A DNA stretch of 64,000 nucleotides from Zancudomyces culisetae HAW-14-8 (lineage: Eukaryota; Fungi; Kickxellomycota): the NCBI GenBank assembly GCA_052426225.1, contig JBNJNM010000006.1, forward strand, positions 806,001 to 870,000, written 5' to 3'. Under the pieces are notes generated by a model. The model was not told where the DNA came from. It did no database searches and saw nothing but the letters and a program-made list of their open reading frames with translations. The translations under genes were made by a program, and so were the position numbers. Below are positions 38,244 to 47,939 of this stretch, piece after piece. Each line of letters starts with the position of its first letter. Positions within the stretch are counted from its first letter, which is position 1.

Positions 38244-39484
38244 TTAACGTTTGACCCTATTTCAGTAACATTAAAGAGTTAGTGTCCAGTACATTTTATA
38301 AGCAGTTGTAAACATATAATATATTAGAAACATGACCATTATTTTCAATACATACCATGTATACTTCTTTCTGGCTTTGGGTTGACCTGTCTTCTTTCGT
38401 TCAACTCTACGTATATCTGATTCCAGGCATTTGGCTATCGAGAAAATTGTAAAAGTAAGTTTTATGAATCAACGTTATAGGTACCAGTAATTTACACTTG
38501 TGCACTACCAAATAGAATGTACACAAACGCATAAAATGATATATAAATGTGGTTTATAAATTTTTTCTTACCATCCGATAGCGTGCCTTTGATGCTGGGG
38601 TCAGCAATCGACAATGCCCTAGAAATAGCCAAAGCTGCAGACTCTGCTTGACCGGTGCGCCCACCTCCTCTTGTGCGTACCCATATATTGTATTTTCCCA
38701 AGGTTGACGTCAACTTCAGGGGGAAAAGCACAGATTCACTGTCGTAGAAGTTAATAAAATACTCGCCCAGTGGCTTTCCGTTTATAAACAATTCTCCAGG
38801 CCCAGTACTTTCGGAAGATTCAGCTGGAACCACCCATACACGAGATTGTGAACTTTTACGTCTGCCCAAAGCATAGAATCTTCCAAGATCATCTTTGTAG
38901 CCAACTAGTGGATTTCGATGTTTTTTAGCGCCTTCAATCGGGTCCTCTAGGGCATCGTTATCAGCATTTTCATTCTTTTCCCCCTTTTTACTTTCCTCGG
39001 ATCTAAAAAAGTCTATCACTTTTTCAATCTCCTGATAATTGTTTTCATTGAGCCCAATAAATCTGCATTCCCCAACCTTTGAAATGAGCTTTTCATACTC
39101 GGAATCGTTTAATTTAGTCTCTATCTTGAGCTCTAGCTTTTTTTTGTCAATCCAGAATCCCTTGTTAACTTCTTGGTTTGTATGGTTGTAATATCCTTTG
39201 TTTTCCTGGATCAATTTTTCGATTCCTACAAGTATATCGTTCAATCTAGCTTTTCCTGTGAAATACGCCGCTGAATCGGGAATATATCTTGGTGAATTTT
39301 TTCCCTGTACTGTTTCCGATCTACTTCCATCGTTGTTTCTCTTATATGGATTGTAATTTGTTTTTGCTGTTTGATCAAGAGCCCGCGCCGAAGTTGCAAA
39401 AGCACGTGAATCTAGTGGCAGACGCGCGCATCGTACAAACAGCGGCCCCTTCAGTATTGACATTCGCCTTGCACCTACATTCAT
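38244..39484 (-). CDS. MRPS9: Mitochondrial ribosomal protein uS9m, 3 exons (39484-38572, 38434-38356, 38256-38244)
   Basis: ALGRRKSSQSRV, GGGRTGQAESAALAISRAL and spliced C-terminus RRVERKKTGQPKARKKYTWVKR*; basic presequence-like N-terminus. Confidence 0.93.
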
Positions 39485-39984
39485 GATTCCTCAAATATAC
39501 CAAAATCTAAAGTCAAGAGGACAGTACTTTTTTTTTTGTATAGCTTTGAATTTGATTTTAAGCGGCTCCAAAGTTGGGTTTGGTAGGGGCGTTATCAAGG
39601 ATAAACAAGAATTTTTCATTGCAGAAATTTTCGCAATGACTTTGATTTTGTAGAAAAGCCATTGGGCGGTTGGCAACTTGATTTTCCAATTCAAATGGAG
39701 CCATTGAGATGTATTTGATCTACCACACCTAAATGATAAAAAAAAAATTTTTTCCATATCACACTACACCTAATGTGCTGGGGGGATGGGGTGAAAAGTT
39801 TGGTATAAAAAGGCAGATTTGTTTCTAAAGTTTATGGATTGAGAGCATCACTGCTTATACCTGTATGAAAAATGACTGTCTTTGGTAATATTGCGAATAC
39901 TACCTGGCGCTTGTCTTTGGATAATATTTTACCTTAAACTAAACTATATTCCCGTTCTAAACAATAAGTAAAGTCGCTCTACCT

Positions 39985-40995
39985 ACTTTATCTTACAAAA
40001 CATACTGAATGAGTGAATGAAAGAAGCAAAAATTGAAAATACATACAACGTTTGATATAAGAGGTTAAACGATATCATATACACTAACCCTTGCATTTCT
40101 TCCAGTAAATTTTTCTTTATTATTGCAAACACCTGCCATCCATAAAGTTGAAGCAAATCATGAAAGCTTGATTTGAAGAATCCATTTAATCTTGTGAGGT
40201 TACTTATACTTATACTTATCCATTGAGTTGAATGTATTTTATGGTGCATTAACTCCGCGCTCCAATATCAATAAATCATTTTCAAGTGTCTTTTCAACTT
40301 TTATCAACATGAGTCTGGTTTAGATACAAGAACCCGCTTTTAAAAGGTACAAGTAATAACTTTACACTGGATGGTTTTTTTTCAAGGTTGGTTCCCCGTT
40401 TTTTTTCCATCACAATAATACCTACCTTTCCAATAAAAGAAATACAAAGTTTGCAGGTATTAGCGATTCCTGGGGCAGTATTCTCTACCACAATCCACAA
40501 GAACAACCTGTGTTTAGACACAAGGGATGCCAACTTTTACTCCCACTCGTTGATTGTATAGATACATTTTATTAGTTTGTAAAATGGTTGAAAAATAGAC
40601 AAACTAAAAAGCTCGCCCACCAAGAAAATTAAAAATATTCATCAACTCGTAGATGTCTATAATTTGATGGTTAAGACTTGAATAGTGCTACATTACACAA
40701 GAATAACGGGAAAATCTAGTACCCAGAAAGAAACAAGAATGGATACTATAAATCACTAGATGTAGCTCCCGTTTCAAATGGTGTGTATAAATAACCAAGA
40801 ATAGAAAAACCACCAGTGGCATAAATACCAAGGTTATACCTGCTTTATTAGTCTTGTTCAGAGGGCATGTGTAACCGCGATAGTGTAAAGGAAATAACAG
40901 CAAGTGTATCTTTTCATTATGCTTAGGCCCACAAGTCCTGTCGGTGGTGAGCTAGCCTATATACTAATGTGTATATTATTGAATGTTGATTCCAT
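39985..40995 (-). pseudogene. Eroded, inverted paralog E of the 7TM gene at 36657
   Basis: MEST (cf. MDTT), LVVFLF, IYS..FFLGTRFSRYSC (cf. IYS..LFIDTKYFPWYC), HYSS, YELMNIFN (cf. YEVLCIFD), ELFSLSIF (cf. EILCISLF), TQVVLVD (cf. TEVAMVD). DNA ACACAGGTTGTTCTTGTGGA-TTGTGGT vs ACAGAGGTTGCCATGGTCGATTTGTGGT. Length about 1 kb, like the intact gene. Confidence 0.7.
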
Positions 40996-41880
40996 TATAT
41001 TTTTTGTCATGGGATTTTTCAGCACCTCAGATATGTGCTAAACACGCAGTATTAGTGGTACAAGTAGCATTTTTTGTATAGCATTTATAATACCAACGTG
41101 TTGAGACTTTGTAACTGTTCTGTGTTTCTATACTTTGTTTGAGATCAGACCTTTTTAATACACGTAATCTCGGGTATAATCATCCTGTGTTCAATAAAAA
41201 TTTGAACCTACTTTATTAAATAGTAAGTCTTCATGTTACTCTCAATGATAAATCTTAAAATAAAGCTTTATTCCACAATAGGCACAATTACAGTTAGCCA
41301 TCCTCCTTAAAAAAGCTAAAAATCACACATTATGAGAAAGGTAAATCTACATAATAATATATGATTTAAAATAGAGTTGGTTGCTATCTTTATAAAAGTT
41401 AATACTTTCTTGCTCTTTTATTACACTAGAAACTTTATTTACAAAAATAGGTACGACTTAACCTGTATAATAATTTAATCAACAAACCAACAGTTCGGCA
41501 AAACGCAATTAAAATTTCTGTGTTAGAACACCTGTTTTTATACCGTTGTATAAGTGTTGCAGATACTTTAATCTTGATTTAGTAAAGTAGGTCATATATT
41601 ACACTATGTGTATATTCCATAACTAATAAATACTAATCAGTGCTGATGATGGTGGTACTCTCGCAATGCTTGCGAAATCAATGTCAAATTTTAACTTGTA
41701 CAAAAGATATGATGCCAATTCTAATAAAAACTATTAGAATAATGTTTTCTAGTTAGAATGAGTAGTTTTACGTAGTTATATTTGTATGTATTGTATTTAA
41801 AATCAAAAGATTCAGATAACTAATAAATTATATAGCTGGCATATGAAACAAATTGTTATAAAAATGTTACAAAAAAAGTT

Positions 41881-41953
41881 GCCTTCTTGGCTCAGTTGAC
41901 AGAGCGTCTGCCTAGTAAGCAGAAGGTCGTCGGTTCGATTCCGACAGAAGGCA
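41881..41953 (+). tRNA. tRNA-Thr(AGT)
   Basis: Cloverleaf: acceptor GCCTTCT/AGAAGGC, D stem GCTC/GAGC, anticodon stem TCTGC/GCAGA with loop CTAGTAA, T arm GTCGG-TTCGATT-CCGAC. The D loop has GA instead of GG. Confidence 0.92.
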
Positions 41954-41955
41954 CT

Positions 41956-42374
41956 TGTTGCATAATTAATTATATATTATAAAAAATACGAATTGACAAA
42001 GTCAATTCTGATAAATTACTATATTAAAATTAGTGGAAAAATTGGACTCTTTTTTCCCTAACAATTTGGGTTTTTTTAATGAGCCAAGAAATTACAAAAC
42101 AAAAATTGATAACACAAAAAAATTGAGATAACAAAATAGATGGAAAAAAAATAGTTTATATATAAATTTTATTTATAGTTTGGAAGAATAACTTTTAGGA
42201 TAACAACTTTTTAGCAATAAAAAATAAAGAATAATAACCAAAATAATAAGCAAGTCTTAATAGTTAGTTAGAGTTTCGAACAAAACAAGTAGATAATTAA
42301 CTTTTCTATTAAATTTTAAACCAACTAAATACGAATAACTACGACTACTAGCAGAAAAGGGTCGAAAGTTAACA
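41956..42374 (+). repeat. 5' LTR (419 bp)
   Basis: No differences from the 3' LTR seen on read-through; contains TATA-like and AATAAA motifs and a GAATTGAC-AAA-GTCAATTC hairpin (41990-42008). Confidence 0.96.
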
Positions 42375-42375
42375 G

Positions 42376-42393
42376 TGGTGATCCAGCCAGGAC
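42376..42393 (+). other. Primer-binding site TGGTGATCCAGCCAGGAC
   Basis: Starts with TGG 1 nt after the 5' LTR and is complementary to a tRNA 3' end ...GTCCTGGCTGGATCACCA. Resemblance to tRNA-Arg(ACG)-type ends is inference. Confidence 0.85.
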
Positions 42394-42444
42394 TTGGAGT
42401 CCGTTTTATAGCTAAAATATTAAATAAACACCTTTAAATCAAAC

Positions 42445-45400
42445 ATGACACTAGTTGAAAAGTTTAACTCAGAAATTGACAACCCAGAAGATTGGATTGA
42501 TTCGTACAGTTTGAGTGCCAGACTCAGAAATTGGTCTGACGAAGATCTAATAAAATATTTACCTGCACATCTAGGTAACCGTGAAAAGATTTGGTATATT
42601 AGGCAAAAGAGTACATTCACCGATTGGAATTCTGTCGTTTCTTCATTCAATAAAAAGTTCATAAATAAAATCAAAGCTCATCAGTCAATCGAGACACTAA
42701 AAAGCATTTGTCAGTCAGGTTACAATTCTGTTGACGAATTTGAGTATGCTTTAGAAATAGCTCTACAAAAATCTGGTATAACAGATGACAAACATAAGGT
42801 CAATTGGTTAATCAGTGCATTGAGTCCAAAATATAAAGCAAGAGTCCTAGAATCAAATTATCAAGAGTGGGATACTATCATAAATGCCATAAATCTGGAT
42901 ATAGATACCCCTAGTTACAATTCTACAGACATCGCAGAGACAAATTCATCTACATCAAAATCTTACAGACTAACCGGACCTGGCAAACCAATAAAAGAAA
43001 TGACTGATCAAAAGATTGGTTATGATGAGATGATATCCAAGATGGAAGAATGGAGTATAAACTTACTTTCAAAAGTCGAAGAGGTTGTTGAAAAGAAAAT
43101 TGACATTGCTATAAGTAAAAGTATGCAACAGCGTTATCAAAGGCCACCGTACTGTTCTATCTGTAGAACAACAGGACACTACAAGAGTCAGTGTACAAAG
43201 ATTGGAACTACCAAAACAGATGAGGTACAAAGTAAAAAAGAAATCAGCACTATTGAGTTACTACCAGTCGATGACACGGATATTGACACTGATGACACGC
43301 CAGATAATGATGTTTACTTAGTGCAAAGGCAAAAAGCTAAATCAAATATCAGTAAGCCATATATAAGTGATAATAAACCAGTTAGAAAGATGAAACCTGT
43401 TATTATAAAACCTGAGGCAACTATAACAGATAATGTTGTGGACATGGATATGGAAGTTACACCTGAAGTCACTATAGTGAATAAAAAACAGAAAACCATC
43501 CAGCGCATTATCGAAAACGTCGAGCCATTCAATCTACAATCTGAATTTAACCAGTTTTATCCAAAGATTAGTCTACCTCAGTTAATAGCCGTTTCTCCTA
43601 CCATAGCAACAGAGTTTAATAGTCTTTCTAAAAAAATAAAAAAACAAGAAGTAAATGAAATCAGGATATTACCACAAAAAATCAGCAACTGCCGGGTCAT
43701 GGTCACGGTATTCAACAAAAACTATTGGGCTGTTGTTGACTCTGGAGCCGCTTGTTCTGTAACTACACCAAGCATGGTTGAGCAGTGGGGCATAGAACCA
43801 GAGGGTTGGCACAGACAAGTGTTGGTAACAGCTGATGGAACAAAACATCTCACTGAAGGTGTTATGAACAAAGTACCTATAACTATAGGAAATCACTTAC
43901 TAGAAGCAGAGCTCATAGTTATGAATCGCAAAGGAAGTACTTTAATTCTCGGCACAGATTGGTTGTATAGGCACCACGGGATTATAGATCCAAGAAGCAG
44001 AGAACTAAAGATACACACACATTCAGAAATATTAGTTATACCAATGAAAATACTTGCAGAAGATACGACTTACTGGCCACAAGAAACTGAGCTATATTTT
44101 ATGGTGAAGAGTGAAAATGGTGTTGAAAGTGATAACAAGCAAATCGAGAATGAAAGGTTTATCAAACTACGAGAGCAATATGCTGATATCTTTGTTGAAG
44201 ACATAGGGGAGCTTACCCAAACTAATCTCACAGAGCATAGTATTGAACTAACAGATCATACACCGATCAAGCAGCGCCCATACAGAATTCCCTATCATAT
44301 GCAAGAAAAGGTTAGAAATGAGTTAATTGAAATGGAGAATAAAGGAATAATTTCACCGTGTTATTCAGAGTGGTGTTCGCCAGTCGTAACAGTTTATAAA
44401 AAGAATGGCAGGTTAAGGATATGTGCAGATTATAGGAAGCTGAACCAGGTAACCAAAAAGGATTGTTATCCGTTACCTACTATAGATGATATATTTATGT
44501 CGCTTGCCGGAAGCAAAATATTTACCAGCTTAGACGCGCTATCTGGGTTTTGGCAAATAAGAATGGCAGCCAAAGACAGATTAAAAACCGCGTTTGCAAT
44601 CCCTGGAGGCGGTAGCTACTGCTACAATGTCATGCCGTTTGGGCTGACAAACAGCCCGGCCTCTTTTCAACGACTTATGGAGAAAGCCCTTTCGCCAGTA
44701 CTTTGGAAGATCGCAGTCGTTTTTATTGACGACATTATTATTTACTCTCAGTCAGTTGAGCAGCATGTGGAGGATTTAAAAAAGGTATTTGAGCTACTTA
44801 GACAACATAAAATTCAACTGCATAGTGATAAGTGTTTATTAGGAATGAATAAATTGTGTTACTTGGGACATACCGTGTCTTCTGAGGGAATTGGTACTAC
44901 AAATGATAAAATAAAAGCAATTACAGAAGCAAAGGTACCTAATAACGTCAAGGAACTACAATCTTTTCTCGGTCTAGTCGGGTATTATCGCAAATTCGTG
45001 GACCGTTATGCATTGATTTCCGCGCCTTTAGTCAAACTACTTAGGAAAGAAAACACTTGGAAATGGTCTATTGAACAAGAAAATGCAGTTAATTTATTAA
45101 AACAAAGCCTTTGTACCGCACCCACATTAGCTCATCCAAATTGGGATTCAGAGTTTATACTTACCACTGACGCTTCAATTGAAGGCGTTGGTGCTATACT
45201 TTCACAATCTTCGGAACTTGGCGAGAGACCTATTTGTTTTGCTAGTAAAACCACAAACAAGCATGAGAGAAATTACTCTATTACCCATCTCGAGGGTTTA
45301 GCTGTAATTTGGGGCGTAAAAAAATTCAAACATTACCTGTGGGGACGCCATTTCACTATACGTACGGACCATAAAGCTTTACTGAATTTGTTCAATGGAA

Positions 45401-46863
45401 AAGATATAGCCGGAAGAGTAGCCAGGTGGGCTATGATTCTTCGAAATTATGACTATACAATTGTCCATTGCAAAGGAAAGTCAAACCCCGCTGATGCCCT
45501 ATCAAGATTAGAACCTACTACATCGGTTGAGGAAGTTATAGATGTATTTTCTGTAACAAAAATATCTAACGAAACTATTTTAGAATATTTACTAAATAAT
45601 AGGTACCCAGAGCAAAGCGACGAAGTGTCAAAGAAAAAGATTAATTATTTATCTAAAAAATTCAAGCTTATCAACAACAAATTATTCAAATTATGTAAGG
45701 AAGTTTGGAAGGAAGTTTTATTAAGAAATAACATAACTGAAAAGGTTAAAGAGATTCATGACGAGTCTCATCAAGGAATCGAGAATACGTGGAGGAGAAT
45801 CGCAGAGAAGTATACAGGAAACGATTTATTTAAAACTGTTAAAAAAGTAGTAAAAGAATGTCTAGTATGTCAGAGATATATTGGAAATCGCAATAGGAAC
45901 AACGAGCTTCAGCCGATATACGTCCACAAACCTTTTGGCATCTTTGGACTAGATGCAGTTGGCCCTATTAGTCCAGTATCTGCTCAAGGAAACCGTTACA
46001 TTCTCACGGGCATTGACTATTTTACGCGCTGGCCTGTAGCTGAGGCCGTAGAAAATATAAAATCGGATACTATAATTAACTTTATAATAACTCACATAGT
46101 TCAGTACTACGGTACCCCCGATCAAATAATCACTGATAGAGGCTCGGGTTTTATCAGCGAAGCAGCAGACACAGTTTATAAGTACCTCGGAATTAAACAT
46201 ACACCATCCACACCGTATCGCCCGCAGTCAAATGGTCAGGTCGAGCGCCTGAACCAAACCCTAAAAAATACGTTAGCAAGACAATGCAAAGCAGACAAAA
46301 ACAATTGGGACTCTTACTTATGGAAGTCGCTACTGGTTATCAGGACAATGAGAAACAGAAGCACAGGCATGAGCCCGGCCGAACTACTATACGGAGTAAA
46401 GTTAAGTACGCCTGCGTTATGGTCTCCGCCGGCCGAAATCAGCGATTTAGATCTCGCCATCCAGGAAAGAATTGCAGCCATAAACACCAGTATACCCGAA
46501 CTACGAAGCATAGGCTATCAAAAAAGTGTCAAAGCAAAGCAAAATATGAAGTTAATATATGACCGAAGAGTAAGATTAGTAAATTTCAAAGTTGACGAAA
46601 TGGTCTTAAAACTGATTGAACACGTTACCGACAAGTTTCAGGAGGTATGGGAAGGTCCATACCGAGTGTTGAAAAAACTAAATTTAGGTGCTTACCTGAT
46701 CGCAGATTCGGATGGAAATCGTGACATTGTGAATGGCGATTCACTGAAAAGTTTTTTCCATAGTAATCGAATGGTTCCTGAAGTTACTACACAGCTTAGA
46801 TCGAAGTTGCAGCGTTTTAAAAACCCTGTACGTCCAATTTGGGATGGGGGTTCTGTTGCATAA
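42445..46863 (+). CDS. Gag-Pol polyprotein in a single ORF (1472 aa)
   Basis: Zinc knuckle CSICRTTGHYKSQC, protease AVVDSGA, RT (LDALSGFWQI, MPFGL, FIDD), RNase H TDAS, integrase HHCC + D,D(35)E and GPY motif (WEGPYRV). The stop codon lies inside the 3' LTR. Confidence 0.96.
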   Translation: MTLVEKFNSEIDNPEDWIDSYSLSARLRNWSDEDLIKYLPAHLGNREKIWYIRQKSTFTDWNSVVSSFNKKFINKIKAHQSIETLKSICQSGYNSVDEFEYALEIALQKSGITDDKHKVNWLISALSPKYKARVLESNYQEWDTIINAINLDIDTPSYNSTDIAETNSSTSKSYRLTGPGKPIKEMTDQKIGYDEMISKMEEWSINLLSKVEEVVEKKIDIAISKSMQQRYQRPPYCSICRTTGHYKSQCTKIGTTKTDEVQSKKEISTIELLPVDDTDIDTDDTPDNDVYLVQRQKAKSNISKPYISDNKPVRKMKPVIIKPEATITDNVVDMDMEVTPEVTIVNKKQKTIQRIIENVEPFNLQSEFNQFYPKISLPQLIAVSPTIATEFNSLSKKIKKQEVNEIRILPQKISNCRVMVTVFNKNYWAVVDSGAACSVTTPSMVEQWGIEPEGWHRQVLVTADGTKHLTEGVMNKVPITIGNHLLEAELIVMNRKGSTLILGTDWLYRHHGIIDPRSRELKIHTHSEILVIPMKILAEDTTYWPQETELYFMVKSENGVESDNKQIENERFIKLREQYADIFVEDIGELTQTNLTEHSIELTDHTPIKQRPYRIPYHMQEKVRNELIEMENKGIISPCYSEWCSPVVTVYKKNGRLRICADYRKLNQVTKKDCYPLPTIDDIFMSLAGSKIFTSLDALSGFWQIRMAAKDRLKTAFAIPGGGSYCYNVMPFGLTNSPASFQRLMEKALSPVLWKIAVVFIDDIIIYSQSVEQHVEDLKKVFELLRQHKIQLHSDKCLLGMNKLCYLGHTVSSEGIGTTNDKIKAITEAKVPNNVKELQSFLGLVGYYRKFVDRYALISAPLVKLLRKENTWKWSIEQENAVNLLKQSLCTAPTLAHPNWDSEFILTTDASIEGVGAILSQSSELGERPICFASKTTNKHERNYSITHLEGLAVIWGVKKFKHYLWGRHFTIRTDHKALLNLFNGKDIAGRVARWAMILRNYDYTIVHCKGKSNPADALSRLEPTTSVEEVIDVFSVTKISNETILEYLLNNRYPEQSDEVSKKKINYLSKKFKLINNKLFKLCKEVWKEVLLRNNITEKVKEIHDESHQGIENTWRRIAEKYTGNDLFKTVKKVVKECLVCQRYIGNRNRNNELQPIYVHKPFGIFGLDAVGPISPVSAQGNRYILTGIDYFTRWPVAEAVENIKSDTIINFIITHIVQYYGTPDQIITDRGSGFISEAADTVYKYLGIKHTPSTPYRPQSNGQVERLNQTLKNTLARQCKADKNNWDSYLWKSLLVIRTMRNRSTGMSPAELLYGVKLSTPALWSPPAEISDLDLAIQERIAAINTSIPELRSIGYQKSVKAKQNMKLIYDRRVRLVNFKVDEMVLKLIEHVTDKFQEVWEGPYRVLKKLNLGAYLIADSDGNRDIVNGDSLKSFFHSNRMVPEVTTQLRSKLQRFKNPVRPIWDGGSVA
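46840..46853 (+). other. Polypurine tract (GGGATGGGGG) upstream of the 3' LTR
   Basis: G-rich tract ending 3 nt before the TGTT LTR start. Confidence 0.75.
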
Positions 46864-47272
46864 TTAATTATATATTATAAAAAATACGAATTGACAAAGT
46901 CAATTCTGATAAATTACTATATTAAAATTAGTGGAAAAATTGGACTCTTTTTTCCCTAACAATTTGGGTTTTTTTAATGAGCCAAGAAATTACAAAACAA
47001 AAATTGATAACACAAAAAAATTGAGATAACAAAATAGATGGAAAAAAAATAGTTTATATATAAATTTTATTTATAGTTTGGAAGAATAACTTTTAGGATA
47101 ACAACTTTTTAGCAATAAAAAATAAAGAATAATAACCAAAATAATAAGCAAGTCTTAATAGTTAGTTAGAGTTTCGAACAAAACAAGTAGATAATTAACT
47201 TTTCTATTAAATTTTAAACCAACTAAATACGAATAACTACGACTACTAGCAGAAAAGGGTCGAAAGTTAACA
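46854..47272 (+). repeat. 3' LTR (419 bp)
   Basis: Direct repeat of 41956-42374. Confidence 0.96.
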
Positions 47273-47280
47273 CACTGTTT

Positions 47281-47352
47281 GCCTGATTAGCTCAGTGGTA
47301 GAGCGTTGGTCTTGTAAACCAAAGGTCGAGTGTTCGATCCACTCATTAGGCA
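47281..47352 (+). tRNA. tRNA-Thr(TGT)
   Basis: Acceptor GCCTGAT/ATTAGGC, D loop AGTGGTA, anticodon stem TTGGT/ACCAA with loop CTTGTAA, T arm GAGTG-TTCGATC-CACTC. Confidence 0.95.
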
Positions 47353-47356
47353 TTAC

Positions 47357-47361
47357 TTTTT
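47357..47361 (+). terminator. Pol III oligo-dT terminator
   Basis: TTTTT 4 nt after tRNA-Thr(TGT). Confidence 0.7.
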
Positions 47362-47939
47362 GCGACTTCAACAATTCATTTTTAATTGCTTTTATAGCGA
47401 ATCAATTGCGTTTTAGAATTGGATAGGCTTTGTTTTGACAGTTAGATCTTACAACCATTAATCACACACAAAATGTATTTTATTTGATTGTCATTACCGG
47501 GCAGGGTGGTCAAAGAGGTGCAAGGAAAGAGATATTCACATTCTCAACATACAAAGATTATTTAATGCTAGTCATTAAATGCTAATTATGACCAGTTGAG
47601 TGATCTGTGGTGTGTGACAATAATTGAAAGCGTTCAGTGCTATATCAAACTCAACAGTCGACTTAGATACGAAACATACCAGATTGAGTATACTATTAGT
47701 GATATACTACAACTCATATTCAGATACCAAGCATTAGTTTATGCAACATACCCATAGTAGTTGATCAAACCAAAGATACCTGCATCCGAAAACCTATTTA
47801 CTGACACTTTGTTCAAATTAGGAAAGTTTGTTTATTTTTTTAAAAAAGAGGAATAACACTGATAAATAAACAATTTCCAGGTATCGCACCAAAAAAAATA
47901 GCCATTTAGAAAAAAACAACCAAGCAGTGATATTGGTAA

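Larger units (their letters stand above)
41956..47272 (+). mobile_element. Full-length Ty3/Gypsy LTR retrotransposon (5317 bp) with 4-bp TSD CACT
   Basis: Direct repeats 41956-42374 and 46854-47272 with TGTT...AACA ends; CACT at 41952-41955 and 47273-47276; PBS, PPT and PR-RT-RH-IN domain order. Confidence 0.97.
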
